Of a stretch of DNA of 44,903 bases, positions 11,719 to 21,632 are shown in pieces. The stretch comes from a virus (lineage: Duplodnaviria; Heunggongvirae; Uroviricota; Caudoviricetes). The number at the start of each line of letters is the position of its first letter. Positions within the stretch are counted from its first letter, which is position 1. Under the pieces are notes generated by a model that worked only from the letters and a program-made list of their open reading frames with translations, searched no databases and was not told where the DNA came from. Where the stretch lies: IMG/VR virus record IMGVR_UViG_2718217885_000015; one strand, written 5' to 3'. The translations under genes were made by a program, and so were the position numbers.

Positions 11719-12249
11719 CGTTTTATCGCAATCCTCAGTTGTTGTTTCAGCGCATATGCCAGTTCTCCGGGCAGGCGTTCACGCCGGATACGGTCAACGT
11801 TTTCATCAAACGCCTGTTTCAGTGGGGCCGCCATCGGGATTTTCACCACATCAATGGGGTAACGGTTTTTCCCGGCCACACGCTGCATTACATGCCAGCG
11901 ACCATTTTTTAATCGCTGAATAAATGCCCGCTGATAACGATGCTGACCGGCTTTGAGTATGCTGTTCGGACGACGGCCCAGCATCCTGATCCCCAGCTTA
12001 ATCACCGGGAGATCACCGCGTTTAACGATAATTTTGGCATTCGGATTTCTGACCGTGGCCCGTTTCAGTCTGGACCGTTCCTTTACCAGTTTCCGGCTCA
12101 CCCTGGTCTCCCGGGCAACCTGTGGACGAAGACTGATTAATCGCCGTTGTGGCCACGCGGTTAATGGCCATTGCTGAAGCCGCCGGAATGGCGTTTTTAC
12201 GAACCCGGCTCAGATTTTCAATCGCCTGATCAAGCCCTTTTATCGCCAT
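11715..12249 (-). pseudogene. Z: Tail completion protein Z, disrupted by a single-base frameshift
   Basis: The N-terminal 43 codons (MAIKGLDQAIENLSR...INQSSS, from 12249) and the C-terminal part (...QVARETRVSRKLVKER... to 11715) both match lambda Z but sit in different frames; the frames switch at about 12121-12126, consistent with a 1-nt insertion. Confidence 0.7.
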
Positions 12250-12263
12250 AATTCACCCTGCGT

Positions 12264-12617
12264 TTATCGTCGCCGGTTAACTGCCGGTGGTTGCCCACGG
12301 TTGAGCCAGAGATAACAACTGCCCCCGTCATCCGGAGAAACACGATCCACCCAGAATGTCTCACCATTAATGGTCAGCGTGTCACCACGCCGCACAGCAC
12401 GAACCGTATCCGTCCGTACAAATAATGACGGGCAGCTTCCTTCAATACGGACCCCGCTACCGGCAAACCCCAGCGACTCCGGATCGTCAAAAACCCCCTG
12501 AACTTCGCTGCCACACTGTGCCCCCGAGGTGAACTGCGCACAGAGCCCCATCACTTCAATAATCGTGCTGTCCACCCCGGCAAGGGCAGCATCAAAGGCA
12601 TTCTGAAAATCACGCAT
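12264..12617 (-). CDS. FII: Head-tail joining protein FII
   Basis: 117 aa, lambda FII-like, between FI and Z. Confidence 0.85.
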   Translation of the reverse strand: MRDFQNAFDAALAGVDSTIIEVMGLCAQFTSGAQCGSEVQGVFDDPESLGFAGSGVRIEGSCPSLFVRTDTVRAVRRGDTLTINGETFWVDRVSPDDGGSCYLWLNRGQPPAVNRRR

Positions 12618-12993
12618 GCTCAGCCGTTCCGTGCTGTATCATGGCTGTCGCCAGTGGTGATGGCACCAGAACACGCATGCCCCGGTACGTCAGTTCAACG
12701 GGACGGCCTGTCTCCGGGCAATACCCCATCACATGCAGGCATTTCCGCACACGAACCGCTTTAACATCATCCGTAGCATCAGTGTTGTGCAACTGCTCAC
12801 CATCGTCTGTGTGATTTTGCTCAGGCCCGCTCTCATCACCAGGCATAATGCCCTCCCGGGAAGCAGCAAGCTCCTCTTCCCACTCAGACACACGTTGCGC
12901 AATATCCGCAGCACTCCCCGATATATCCGCCTCGCGCCCCAGCAGGCCAGCCAGTTGACGAAGACGATTCAGATTTTCTTCTTTTGTTGCCAT
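12610..12993 (-). CDS. FI: DNA packaging protein FI
   Basis: Likely start at MATKEENL, preceded by a GGGGG ribosome-binding site; acidic lambda FI-like protein downstream of E. Confidence 0.75.
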   Translation of the reverse strand: MATKEENLNRLRQLAGLLGREADISGSAADIAQRVSEWEEELAASREGIMPGDESGPEQNHTDDGEQLHNTDATDDVKAVRVRKCLHVMGYCPETGRPVELTYRGMRVLVPSPLATAMIQHGTAEHA

Positions 12994-13044
12994 ATCAGCC
13001 CCCTGTGAAAAAAGACACGGGGGCATTTCGCCCCCGCTCACGGA

Positions 13045-14073
13045 TTATTTCACCTGCACCACCACAAACTCATCCGGATCTGGCAGCACCATCAGCGGTG
13101 CGGACTGCGTCATGGTAAATTCACGGGCCGGATCGCCCACGGTCAGCCAGTGTTTCGGATAACGGGAAGAGGCCACCACACCTTCGGACAACGCCTGTGC
13201 ATCCTGAATGGCACCATAGCAACGAATGCCCTCTGCTGCCGTATTCCCCAGGACCAGTGTACCCTCCGGCAGATAACGTTTTTCGGTACCGTCTTCTGCC
13301 ACATAAGACGTTTTTGCCACCACAATGGCCAGATCACCGTAATACCCTTTGAAAGACACCACAGCCCCCAGGTCTTTCACTGCCGTTTCGAGTTGTGAAT
13401 TTGAGCCGCGACGGGTATCCAGTTTTTCGCGGAAAAGCTTAAAGCCATTCAGCAGACGCCAGACAGTACCGTCCATAATGGCAATATTCACAAGACCGCT
13501 GGCCTGATCGCAGTAAAGGTCAATATCATGCGTCGGATCAAACGTATCACGGTCCTGCTCAGACCATTTTTTACCGTCGGCCTGCTCAATGTTATTTCCT
13601 TCAGAGCGTCCAAAATCAACCTCAATTTTCTCGAACTGGTCTCCTTCCATGGTGTATTTGCCATACAGCACGGCATTCACCGCCTGCATTTCTTCCACCT
13701 GGACAATGGCGTGCTCTTCCTGTTTGAGGTTATCTGTGATGATACGCAGACGACGGTAGGCCGGGTCGTTCAGCTGAGCCGGATCTTCACCGGGAAGACG
13801 CTCAACCGCCTGCTGGTAATTAAATTCGTGTTTCGGCTTGACGTAGCCCGGACGTAACACGCGGGTTTCACCACCACGATGACGCAGCACTTTTCCTTCA
13901 ACAACCGGGGAAACATAGGCCGCCACCGGCGTTTTTCCGGTAATTTTGTCCAGCATCACCTCTTCGGTATGGAAATTCACCGTACGGCGGAAAAACAGCT
14001 CCAGAAACAGCGCACGATATTTCACTTTTTGTTCGGTATAACCGAGCAACTGGCGGGTCGTAAACAATCCCAT
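13045..14073 (-). CDS. E: Major capsid protein E
   Basis: 342 aa with strong similarity to recalled lambda E (e.g. KLDTRRGSNS.LETAVKDLG, TGDPAREFTM.QSAPLM). Confidence 0.95.
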   Translation of the reverse strand: MGLFTTRQLLGYTEQKVKYRALFLELFFRRTVNFHTEEVMLDKITGKTPVAAYVSPVVEGKVLRHRGGETRVLRPGYVKPKHEFNYQQAVERLPGEDPAQLNDPAYRRLRIITDNLKQEEHAIVQVEEMQAVNAVLYGKYTMEGDQFEKIEVDFGRSEGNNIEQADGKKWSEQDRDTFDPTHDIDLYCDQASGLVNIAIMDGTVWRLLNGFKLFREKLDTRRGSNSQLETAVKDLGAVVSFKGYYGDLAIVVAKTSYVAEDGTEKRYLPEGTLVLGNTAAEGIRCYGAIQDAQALSEGVVASSRYPKHWLTVGDPAREFTMTQSAPLMVLPDPDEFVVVQVK

Positions 14074-14130
14074 AAATCAGTTCCTTTCATTCAGAAATCA
14101 GTCAGGCCACCGCGGTGGCCTGATAACGTG

Positions 14131-14478
14131 TTACGGCAGCGCCGCGTGACTCAGGGCACTGCCGGCAAAGGCATTTGCCTTTTTGTGTTCATCCACACTT
14201 TCAGGCCAGCGGATTGCCTCCGTCGCAAAGGTCCCCGACTTGTAATAGGTCAGTACCGTCTCTGTGCCTTCAAGCGGCAGTACCAGTATGCCAACCGCAC
14301 TACCGGCTTTCTGTCCGTCCCAGACCACCAGTTTCCCGCTGGCTTCATCCAGCATCAGGGGCGTCAGTGCCGGTGTTGCCGAGGAAATCCCGCTGCTGCC
14401 TGTGGCGGTGTGAGCCGGATCATTACCTGCAAAAATACGTACTTCCGCACGCTGTTCAGTGATGGTTTTCGTTACCAT
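14131..14478 (-). CDS. D: Head decoration protein D
   Basis: 115 aa; motifs NDPAHTAT, TPLMLD and KSGTF shared with lambda D. Confidence 0.9.
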   Translation of the reverse strand: MVTKTITEQRAEVRIFAGNDPAHTATGSSGISSATPALTPLMLDEASGKLVVWDGQKAGSAVGILVLPLEGTETVLTYYKSGTFATEAIRWPESVDEHKKANAFAGSALSHAALP

Positions 14479-14514
14479 ATTGTAAAAACCTCCTGTTGAT
14501 GGTCAGCACTGACT

Positions 14515-16020
14515 TCATGGCATGGCCATGAGCATTTTCACGTCCGCATCACCGTCTGCTGACGTCTGTGGCACGCCACCCTGTACCGCTGCCGGTGAAT
14601 GGTTCGCCATGAAATGTTCAAACATGGCGGTTGTGGATGCAGAGACCGGCTCTGCCTTACCTGATCCCGCAGCCAGCACAGCCCGGGCGCTCTCCACGGT
14701 CATTCCCGGGCAGGCAGCCAGCTGTTCAGCCTGCGCCTCAGCCCCTTTTGCCTCATCCAGTGCCATGATCTGATCACGGAGTGAGGGTCCGGCATCCGCC
14801 TGCGGTGAAGCAGCCAGGACAGGGCGGGCTTTTTCCACCGTCATCTCCGGCATCGCCGCCAGCGTTGCCGCCAGTTGTTCACGACCTTTCGCCTCTTCAC
14901 ACGCCATAATGCGATCGGCTTCACTCTGCGTGGATGCCACCGGCTGCTGCGGTGCCGCCGCGGCCAGAATCGCCCGGGCCTGTTCAACGCTCATGCCCTG
15001 TTGTCCTGCCAGCATCGTGGCAAGCTGTTCACGTCCTTTCGCTTCCTGGCATGTCAGGATCCCCATTACTCGCTGGTTCTCCTGCACGGCGGCTTCCGTT
15101 GCAGTTAATTGCGGCATAGTGCCTCCTGTATCATGTGTGTTCAGCGCCGTTGCCATCACACTGATGGCATCCGACGCATTGATTAATTCATCCGCCAGCC
15201 CGGCCTCAATGCCGGACTGACCTTCAAAAACGGCGGCCTCTGTTCCCGTGACCGCATCCACAGACAACCCGGTATACATCGCCACTTTTTCGGCAAACAT
15301 CCGGTGCGCCGCATCAATGCGCTTCTGCATGTCCTGGCGAACCTCTGCCGGTAAGGCTTCAAACTGATTGCCATCCACCTTATGCGCCCCTGAGTAAATC
15401 AGCGTGATATCCACACCGGCCTGTGCCAGATGCCCGGCATAGCTGACATGGCTCATCATCACGCCAATGGAGCCGATACGGGATGTCTGGGTAACCAGCC
15501 GTCGGGAGCAGGCCGACGCCAGCAGCATGGCTGCAGAACAGGCCGTGTCATTGCACAGTGCCCAGACCGGCTTCTGCTGGCGGAGGCGATAAATCATGTC
15601 AGCGCAGTCAAACGCGCCGGCGGCCTGCCCGCCCGGACTGTCAATGTCCAGCAGTACGCCCCGCACCTGGCTATCCGCCATTGCCTGCTGAAGACAGGCG
15701 ACAATGCCATCATAGCCTGTCATTCCGGAAAATGGCCGCATACCACCCAGCCTGTGCACCAGCGTGCCGGTCACCGGCAGTACCGCAATACCGTTCACCA
15801 CCCGGTAAACACGGGCCGGTCGTTTACCTCCGGCCATGTACTCGTCCGTTTCAGCCAGCATTCCGGGAGCATCAAGCTGTACCTGCTGTTGTGGTACCGA
15901 AAGACTTGCTGCCCCCATCTCGCGCCCGAGCGCGCAAAAGAAAACCCGCGCATAGGCGGGCTCCAGAAGCAGCGGTTCATTGAATGCTGCGGCAATAATG
16001 TGTGAAAGATTACGTCTCAC
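14515..16020 (-). CDS. C: Prohead protease C (S49 family) with in-frame Nu3-like scaffold region
   Basis: 501 aa; N-terminal ClpP/S49-like protease region, then a C-terminal region holding three ~35-aa tandem repeats; position between B and D. Confidence 0.9.
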   Translation of the reverse strand: MRRNLSHIIAAAFNEPLLLEPAYARVFFCALGREMGAASLSVPQQQVQLDAPGMLAETDEYMAGGKRPARVYRVVNGIAVLPVTGTLVHRLGGMRPFSGMTGYDGIVACLQQAMADSQVRGVLLDIDSPGGQAAGAFDCADMIYRLRQQKPVWALCNDTACSAAMLLASACSRRLVTQTSRIGSIGVMMSHVSYAGHLAQAGVDITLIYSGAHKVDGNQFEALPAEVRQDMQKRIDAAHRMFAEKVAMYTGLSVDAVTGTEAAVFEGQSGIEAGLADELINASDAISVMATALNTHDTGGTMPQLTATEAAVQENQRVMGILTCQEAKGREQLATMLAGQQGMSVEQARAILAAAAPQQPVASTQSEADRIMACEEAKGREQLAATLAAMPEMTVEKARPVLAASPQADAGPSLRDQIMALDEAKGAEAQAEQLAACPGMTVESARAVLAAGSGKAEPVSASTTAMFEHFMANHSPAAVQGGVPQTSADGDADVKMLMAMP

Positions 16021-17602
16021 GTGGTGTTGTCTCCTCTTCCGGCCTGCGACTCTCCGCTATCTGCTGCTGATACGCCTGCGCTATCCACACCGGACGTGAG
16101 AGTCCGGCTTTTTGCCGCTCTGCAGATTCCCTGACCTGCTGGCGGAAAATGTCCTGATAATCCTCGCCCATCAGCGCCAGCTCTTTCTCATACGTGCTCA
16201 GTCCGGCCTCAATGCGCATCACCGATTCCTGGACTTCCTTGAGCCCGTCAATGGCCATTCTTCCGGCACCAATCCACTCTGCCCGTGACCAGGCTGATCG
16301 CGCCTGATAAAAATCAAAACGTGCCCGTGGCGGACGAATAATCCCCCGAAGAAGTGCCTCTTCCAGCCAGCAGGAAAACATCTGCGTGGCCAGCCGGGCC
16401 GCAATAAATTTTCGCCGCCCCATAAAATAGCGCCACGACTCATTGGCGGAGGCGCGGGCACTTGAGTAACTGACCTTCGAGTAATCACGGGACAACTGTT
16501 CGTAGGAAACGCCAAGACCGGCGGCGATATACCGCAGAAGCGCCTGTTCAAGCGCAGAAAATCCATTGTCTGAATCCTGCGCAGTCTGTAGTTTCAGATC
16601 ATCACCAGGGAAAAGGTGCGGAATTTTGACACCGCCCAGTGTCACGTGATTCGTGTCATACCAGCTGGAGAACTTCTCCAGAATATTAATAAGCGGATTA
16701 TCCTTCTGCTCCTGTGGCGCGCCGGCGATATATTCAAAGGCCTTTTCGGTATCAAGTTCACTTTCAATCGTCGCTGCATACATCGCCTTCACTATGGCCG
16801 ACTGAAGCTGTGTTGCCTGCAGGGAATCGAGCATCTTCAGCCGTTCCATGACGCTGTAAAACTGATTAGCCCCACGGGTCTGCCCGTCCTCCACCGGCTC
16901 GAAAATATGCAGCATGGCCGGACGCCCGGTGGGAAGTTCACGCGGGATCCGTTCCCATCGTCCACTACCAGAGAACGGAAAATCATCCTCACAGATATGG
17001 TACGCGACGGCACGGCCATATCGATCGACCTCCACACCAGCCCGCAGAAAACGGTTCCCCATACCGTGTCCAGGCGTGTCCACCCGTTTCGGACTCACGG
17101 CTTTAAAACGCGTACGGAATAACTGCGTGGTTTCCGTATCCCAGACCGGCTGCACAAAGATTTCGCCGTTAAACGCATGAACGCCCACACCTTCACGGAT
17201 AAATTCCGTGAACGTGCGTTTTCCTTCCACGTCGATCTCGCCAGACATCCCTTCGGCGTATTCCGACCAGGCCGCCTCCACCTCATCGACAAAGCTTTTT
17301 GCTGCGGTCTCCCGCATCCCCAGCCAGCGCCAGTTCGGACGGTAGCTGATCAGAAACATATGCCCGACAATGTGATCCTTATGCAGAGCCACCGCATTAG
17401 CCGCTATTCCGTTATTGCGCACCAGATCATCTGCCCGGGCATTCCCCAGACGCAACGCGGGCAGCAGGGCCGCATCGGCACTCTGCGCCGGTGGCAACCA
17501 CTCAGCCATTTGCCCGCCAAATCCTGCGCCGCCCCCGTTGTAGCTGAGACTCTCACGAAGCGGAACGCCGTTCACATCAATCAGGACAGGCGTTCGTTTC
17601 AT
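16010..17602 (-). CDS. B: Portal protein B
   Basis: 530 aa, lambda B-like portal, between W and C. Confidence 0.95.
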   Translation of the reverse strand: MKRTPVLIDVNGVPLRESLSYNGGGAGFGGQMAEWLPPAQSADAALLPALRLGNARADDLVRNNGIAANAVALHKDHIVGHMFLISYRPNWRWLGMRETAAKSFVDEVEAAWSEYAEGMSGEIDVEGKRTFTEFIREGVGVHAFNGEIFVQPVWDTETTQLFRTRFKAVSPKRVDTPGHGMGNRFLRAGVEVDRYGRAVAYHICEDDFPFSGSGRWERIPRELPTGRPAMLHIFEPVEDGQTRGANQFYSVMERLKMLDSLQATQLQSAIVKAMYAATIESELDTEKAFEYIAGAPQEQKDNPLINILEKFSSWYDTNHVTLGGVKIPHLFPGDDLKLQTAQDSDNGFSALEQALLRYIAAGLGVSYEQLSRDYSKVSYSSARASANESWRYFMGRRKFIAARLATQMFSCWLEEALLRGIIRPPRARFDFYQARSAWSRAEWIGAGRMAIDGLKEVQESVMRIEAGLSTYEKELALMGEDYQDIFRQQVRESAERQKAGLSRPVWIAQAYQQQIAESRRPEEETTPRET

Positions 17603-17805
17603 AACCTCACTCCCAGCGGACGACGGCGACGTCGGGTTGTCCCCAGTACCGACTCCGCATCATTGATCGCCCGGTTAAGCTCATCCAGAGAAGCTGCCGT
17701 ATATTCAATTCTGCGACCATCTTTCTGGACAGACACCACCCGTTTACCGGTTAATAAATCAAGGCGCGCCTGACGCAGCGCCTGCAGTTCAGCGACTGTA
17801 ACCAT
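17599..17805 (-). CDS. W: Head-tail joining protein W
   Basis: 68 aa, between A and B. Confidence 0.85.
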   Translation of the reverse strand: MVTVAELQALRQARLDLLTGKRVVSVQKDGRRIEYTAASLDELNRAINDAESVLGTTRRRRRPLGVRL

Positions 17806-19717
17806 TCACTCCTCCGGACAGCTTCGCTGCCAGTTCTTTAAGGGTTGGCCGGGTCGTCTCTTCTTCCCGGGATTTTGCCAGTACAGCCAGATCAAGCTGC
17901 CAGCGTTGCACGGACACACGTAATGCCGCGTAGGCATACACCAGACAGTCCAGCGCTTCGTTACGCCGCTTTTTGTTATCCCACAGCAGACGCATCTTTC
18001 CTTTTTCCCACTTCTCCACAAGCTCTTCCGCGACCAGTTGCTGCGCTTCTGTCTGCGAAAAAATCTCCGGATCATCAGGAAAACGGATGGCATACGACGT
18101 GGCTTCATCCGCAGGCGTGGGTTCAGCGTTCATACGGGCATAGAGAATTTCTTTTGCGGTGTCCGTCCCCACTTCACACAGATACACGCCCCGCTGATTG
18201 CGGGTTTTTGGCATGGTGATCACCGGCTTGCCATAGACAGATGCGCCTTTTACCGGCAGCACCCGGAAAACACCGTGTTTTTTTGACCTCTGATAAACGA
18301 TTTCGCCATCGATCCCCCCGGTGTCCCAGCAGACACGGGAAATGGTCATTTCGGTTCCGTCTGCATGGCGGTATTTTTTGTTGATCGCCGCATCCACACG
18401 TAACAGCGTCTCTTCCTCATCGGGACGCCCCATAATGATGATTTTATCCACCAGAAAGGCTTCCTCTCCCGGAGCCCATCCCCAGACATACATCTCAAAA
18501 CGGTTTCGCTGCGAGTCAATGCCCGCCGTCAGATAAACCACCCGGGCAGGCACCGCCGCCGTGTAACGCACAACCTTATCCATCAGTACCTGGTGATCGA
18601 GTTTTTCGCCCACGGCCTCTTCCCAGGTCTCGCCCAGCGTGGTGTTCACAAAGGTTTTCAGGCCGTTGGGATCTTTCAGTGCATCCAGCCAGTCATAGAC
18701 TATCTGTACCCAGGTGGTGAACGGACTGTACGCCGTCCAGATATGGAAAGTGATGGAGCGCGGCGGCGGAATTTCATCACCCCGGGCGCAGAAAAACATC
18801 AGGCCGTCACGGGTCCACATGCCCGTGTTTTCACAGATCCACCGCCCGTTGCTCTGGTCAAGCTCAGACTGATGGATCACGCAGCCATAATGTTCACAGA
18901 GGTAGAAAACGCTTTCGGGGCTGTCCTTCTCCCATTTAAGGCCAAAAGGCGTGGATTCATCGCCAAATTTCAGATACTGCGCCTCCCCACAGTGCGGGCA
19001 GGGCACATAAAAACGCATGAAATGTGCCGACTCGTTAGCGGCTTTTTCGATCTGACAGGTGCCTTTGATTTTAGGCGTCGAGCCGCGAATGGATTTTGGC
19101 CATACAGAGCCCTCAATACGCTTATCCCCCAGCAGGGTTGGCGAGCCCTCTTTTTCGACATCCGGCTCGAACGAGGAAAGTTCGTCATAGCAGACCACGT
19201 CCACGGATTTTTCACGGTAGTTTTTGGCGGCAGCGCCGCCCAGGCACCAGAAGCCCACACCCGATGAAAAGCGTTTCAGCGTGAGAGTATTGTCACGATG
19301 TTTACGACCCAGCCATGGGGAAAGGTCTTTCAGGCATGGCACGTCCCGAATCGTCGCCTCCACGTGAGACTTCATAAAATCTTCAGCGGCAGAATCCGTA
19401 GGCTGAAAAAGCAGACTGTTTCGGGATTTATGCTCAATAAAATACCCGACCACCCCCAGCAACATCTTTGTATAGCCAACACGGGCAGATTTAATCAGAT
19501 TAACAGTGCGGATCTGATCATTCCCCATGCTGTTCATGATGGCGATCTGGAATGGCAGCGTTTTCCATTCTCCCTCACCATATGAAGATTCTTTAGGCAG
19601 ATAATAATTTTGATCAGCCCATTCAACTGGCGTCACCGGCAATGCCCTTATCAGGGGCTGTAATGCTGTTGTGACAGCGCTCATCATATTATTCAGTTGT
19701 TGCTCTGATATATTCAT
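17789..19717 (-). CDS. A: Terminase large subunit A
   Basis: Strong match to recalled lambda A (TAVEWAD.NYYLPKES, CPHCGE.QYLKFGD, TTLGETWE); likely start at MNISEQQ (19717) rather than the upstream in-frame ATG at 19774. Confidence 0.95.
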   Translation of the reverse strand: MNISEQQLNNMMSAVTTALQPLIRALPVTPVEWADQNYYLPKESSYGEGEWKTLPFQIAIMNSMGNDQIRTVNLIKSARVGYTKMLLGVVGYFIEHKSRNSLLFQPTDSAAEDFMKSHVEATIRDVPCLKDLSPWLGRKHRDNTLTLKRFSSGVGFWCLGGAAAKNYREKSVDVVCYDELSSFEPDVEKEGSPTLLGDKRIEGSVWPKSIRGSTPKIKGTCQIEKAANESAHFMRFYVPCPHCGEAQYLKFGDESTPFGLKWEKDSPESVFYLCEHYGCVIHQSELDQSNGRWICENTGMWTRDGLMFFCARGDEIPPPRSITFHIWTAYSPFTTWVQIVYDWLDALKDPNGLKTFVNTTLGETWEEAVGEKLDHQVLMDKVVRYTAAVPARVVYLTAGIDSQRNRFEMYVWGWAPGEEAFLVDKIIIMGRPDEEETLLRVDAAINKKYRHADGTEMTISRVCWDTGGIDGEIVYQRSKKHGVFRVLPVKGASVYGKPVITMPKTRNQRGVYLCEVGTDTAKEILYARMNAEPTPADEATSYAIRFPDDPEIFSQTEAQQLVAEELVEKWEKGKMRLLWDNKKRRNEALDCLVYAYAALRVSVQRWQLDLAVLAKSREEETTRPTLKELAAKLSGGVNGYSR

Positions 19718-20198
19718 CGAGTAAATCCGGTAATTTATCCCCCGCCCGCGCACACTGATTTGCCCCCTTCGCAATAAGGGTTTTCAGATGGTCAAGATGG
19801 CGCGGTGTTAAATCAGGAAACTGTCGCTGCATGGATAAAGGGATGGAATCAAGCGTACTGGATAACGCCATTGCCAGCTTACTGAGGGCAAAAATACAGA
19901 ACCCGGTGTCAATAAGTTTTCCTTTTGACACCTCATTTTTTAACTGCTGTGTAACAGCCTGTTCTGCTGTCAGTTCCCATCTGGCAATAAGCAATTTCTC
20001 CTCATAGTCGTCTTCGCTATCGCCATCAGGCACATCGTTTTTACTTCTCCTCAGATACGATATGTAAAAATCGCGCCAGGCATCCAGATCCAGTTGCCCT
20101 CTCTTATTCGATATCGGGGCACCCGGCAATTTCTGCAATCTGCGAAGCTGGCGATCGGTCAGACTTAAATGCCTGGCAACTTCAGTCTGCGTAGCCAC
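19689..20198 (-). CDS. Nu1: Terminase small subunit Nu1
   Basis: 169 aa; first gene after cos; C-terminal similarity to lambda Nu1 (FC.F.LS...LDS.PLS.QR.FP.L..RH.D.LK); N-terminal HTH. Confidence 0.85.
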   Translation of the reverse strand: MATQTEVARHLSLTDRQLRRLQKLPGAPISNKRGQLDLDAWRDFYISYLRRSKNDVPDGDSEDDYEEKLLIARWELTAEQAVTQQLKNEVSKGKLIDTGFCIFALSKLAMALSSTLDSIPLSMQRQFPDLTPRHLDHLKTLIAKGANQCARAGDKLPDLLDEYIRATTE

Positions 20199-20245
20199 TC
20201 CTCACCTCGCAAAAACTCTCACCTCACAATCACAACAAAACCGGT

Positions 20246-20392
20246 CATGTCCGGCTTACATGTCTATTTTTGTTCATGTCCGGTTCACAGAAAACCTGTT
20301 TTTATATTTTTCATATAGTTAACTTGAAGAGAAACCGGACATGGATCCCGGAAAATTTTCATAAATAGCGAAAACCCGCGAGGTCGCCGCCC
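20246..20392 (-). other. cos: cos site: cosN (AGGTCGCCGCCC on plus, 20381-20392) and cosB with three CATGTCCGG repeats
   Basis: The 12-nt sequence is the reverse complement of the lambda cohesive end GGGCGGCGACCT, and its flanks match the lambda cos flank; repeats sit at 20246-20254, 20275-20283 and inverted at 20335-20343, with an AT-rich (IHF-like) stretch between them. Confidence 0.85.
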
Positions 20393-20591
20393 CGTAACAG
20401 GCCGGATCGCCAGAAAGGACCCGAAAATGATAATAATTATCAATTAAATAAAAGTTATCTCAACCGACAAGTTCACCATGAAAGAGGACAAATAATGAGT
20501 TCGGTCTCAATGCATTAATTGATCTGCATCAAATTTAAGTAAAAACATCTTTGGACAATACAGAACACTGCAGTGAATATGGAAAAAGACA

Positions 20592-20804
20592 ATGTCATCG
20601 AAGAACAAAACCAGCAAAACAACAACCCGTAACATCCGTTTTCCCAATCACATGATTGAGCAGATCAATATCGCCCTTGAGCATAAAGGCTCCGGCAACT
20701 TTTCGGCATGGGTTATTGAAGCCTGTCGCCGGAGGCTGGCAGCAGACATAAAATGTGCCCGTCAGTTAACTGTAACAAAGAATGATACACCGTCTGCTCT
20801 GTGA
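20592..20804 (+). CDS. Small ribbon-helix-helix (CopG/Arc-like) protein
   Basis: 70-aa plus-strand ORF in the AT-rich region between cos and the lysis genes; motif NIRFPNHMIEQINIALEHKGSGNFSAWVIEACRRRL looks like an RHH fold; weak ribosome-binding site. Confidence 0.45.
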   Translation: MSSKNKTSKTTTRNIRFPNHMIEQINIALEHKGSGNFSAWVIEACRRRLAADIKCARQLTVTKNDTPSAL

Positions 20805-20949
20805 TAACTGTTCATATAACCATTTCTTTATATTGCTGAATTTACAAAAAGTCGCAGTTATTAGTCGTATTTATTCCGAATTGAAATCATCCGTCATATA
20901 AAATAAAAAAGAATAACAATAATAATCTTCTACCCTTATCAGTACCTTT

Positions 20950-20979
20950 ACTGCTGTGCTCCAACACAGCAGTTTTTTT
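20950..20979 (+). terminator. Rho-independent terminator
   Basis: Perfect 9-bp stem ACTGCTGTG/CACAGCAGT with a 6-nt loop, followed by a T7 run. Confidence 0.6.
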
Positions 20980-21603
20980 GATTATGCTCACATATTTTTC
21001 ATCCCCACCGCACTGCACATTATAACTGTTGCTTTTCAATTCAGGCTTTGTGCAGGTATGTCTGAATCTCCTCCGGGAGAGGTCTTCATCGTTATCAGCC
21101 CCAAAACACACCAGCGACACTGACAAAGAGCCTGCGAGTGCAGTTGCCCCGTTTTCGTTTTATGATGTATTCACCCAGTCAAATAATGAGCAAATTCAAT
21201 CCATGTCAGACGGCAGAGAATCATAAAATTTAACCATCGTGCTTACATAAACAATCCGATAAAGACTTAACATACTTAAAATCGCATATTGCATAAGAAT
21301 AAATAATAAGTCATCAAAAAACATCGGGCAAAACTACCGCAACTCCAGTTAAAAAGACAATATATTAATCCAGCGACCTCATTTATTATTCAGAAATGCT
21401 TAATAATAAGATATTTCCTGTTATTCCTTTATGGAGATCGGGTAACGGCTCCATGCCAGTCTTGTTGAATGGCTCAAAAAATAAGAGAATAATTCATAAC
21501 ATATATTGTAATTCAGGCTCGGTTATTTCGAATTGAATACTTGCATTAAAATCTGATAAAAAATTCGTCATAACAACAACATTCTCTTCTGCATGTGCCA
21601 TAA

Positions 21604-21632
21604 CCTGCCGTAACAACCCGGCAGGTTTTTTT
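21604..21632 (+). terminator. Rho-independent terminator
   Basis: Stem CCTGCCG/CGGCAGG followed by a T7 run. Confidence 0.5.

Noticed and set aside
17789-19774. Terminase A starting at the first in-frame ATG (19774)
   Set aside because: Recalled lambda A begins at MNIS..., which corresponds to the ATG at 19717; the upstream 19 codons overlap Nu1 and are probably not translated.
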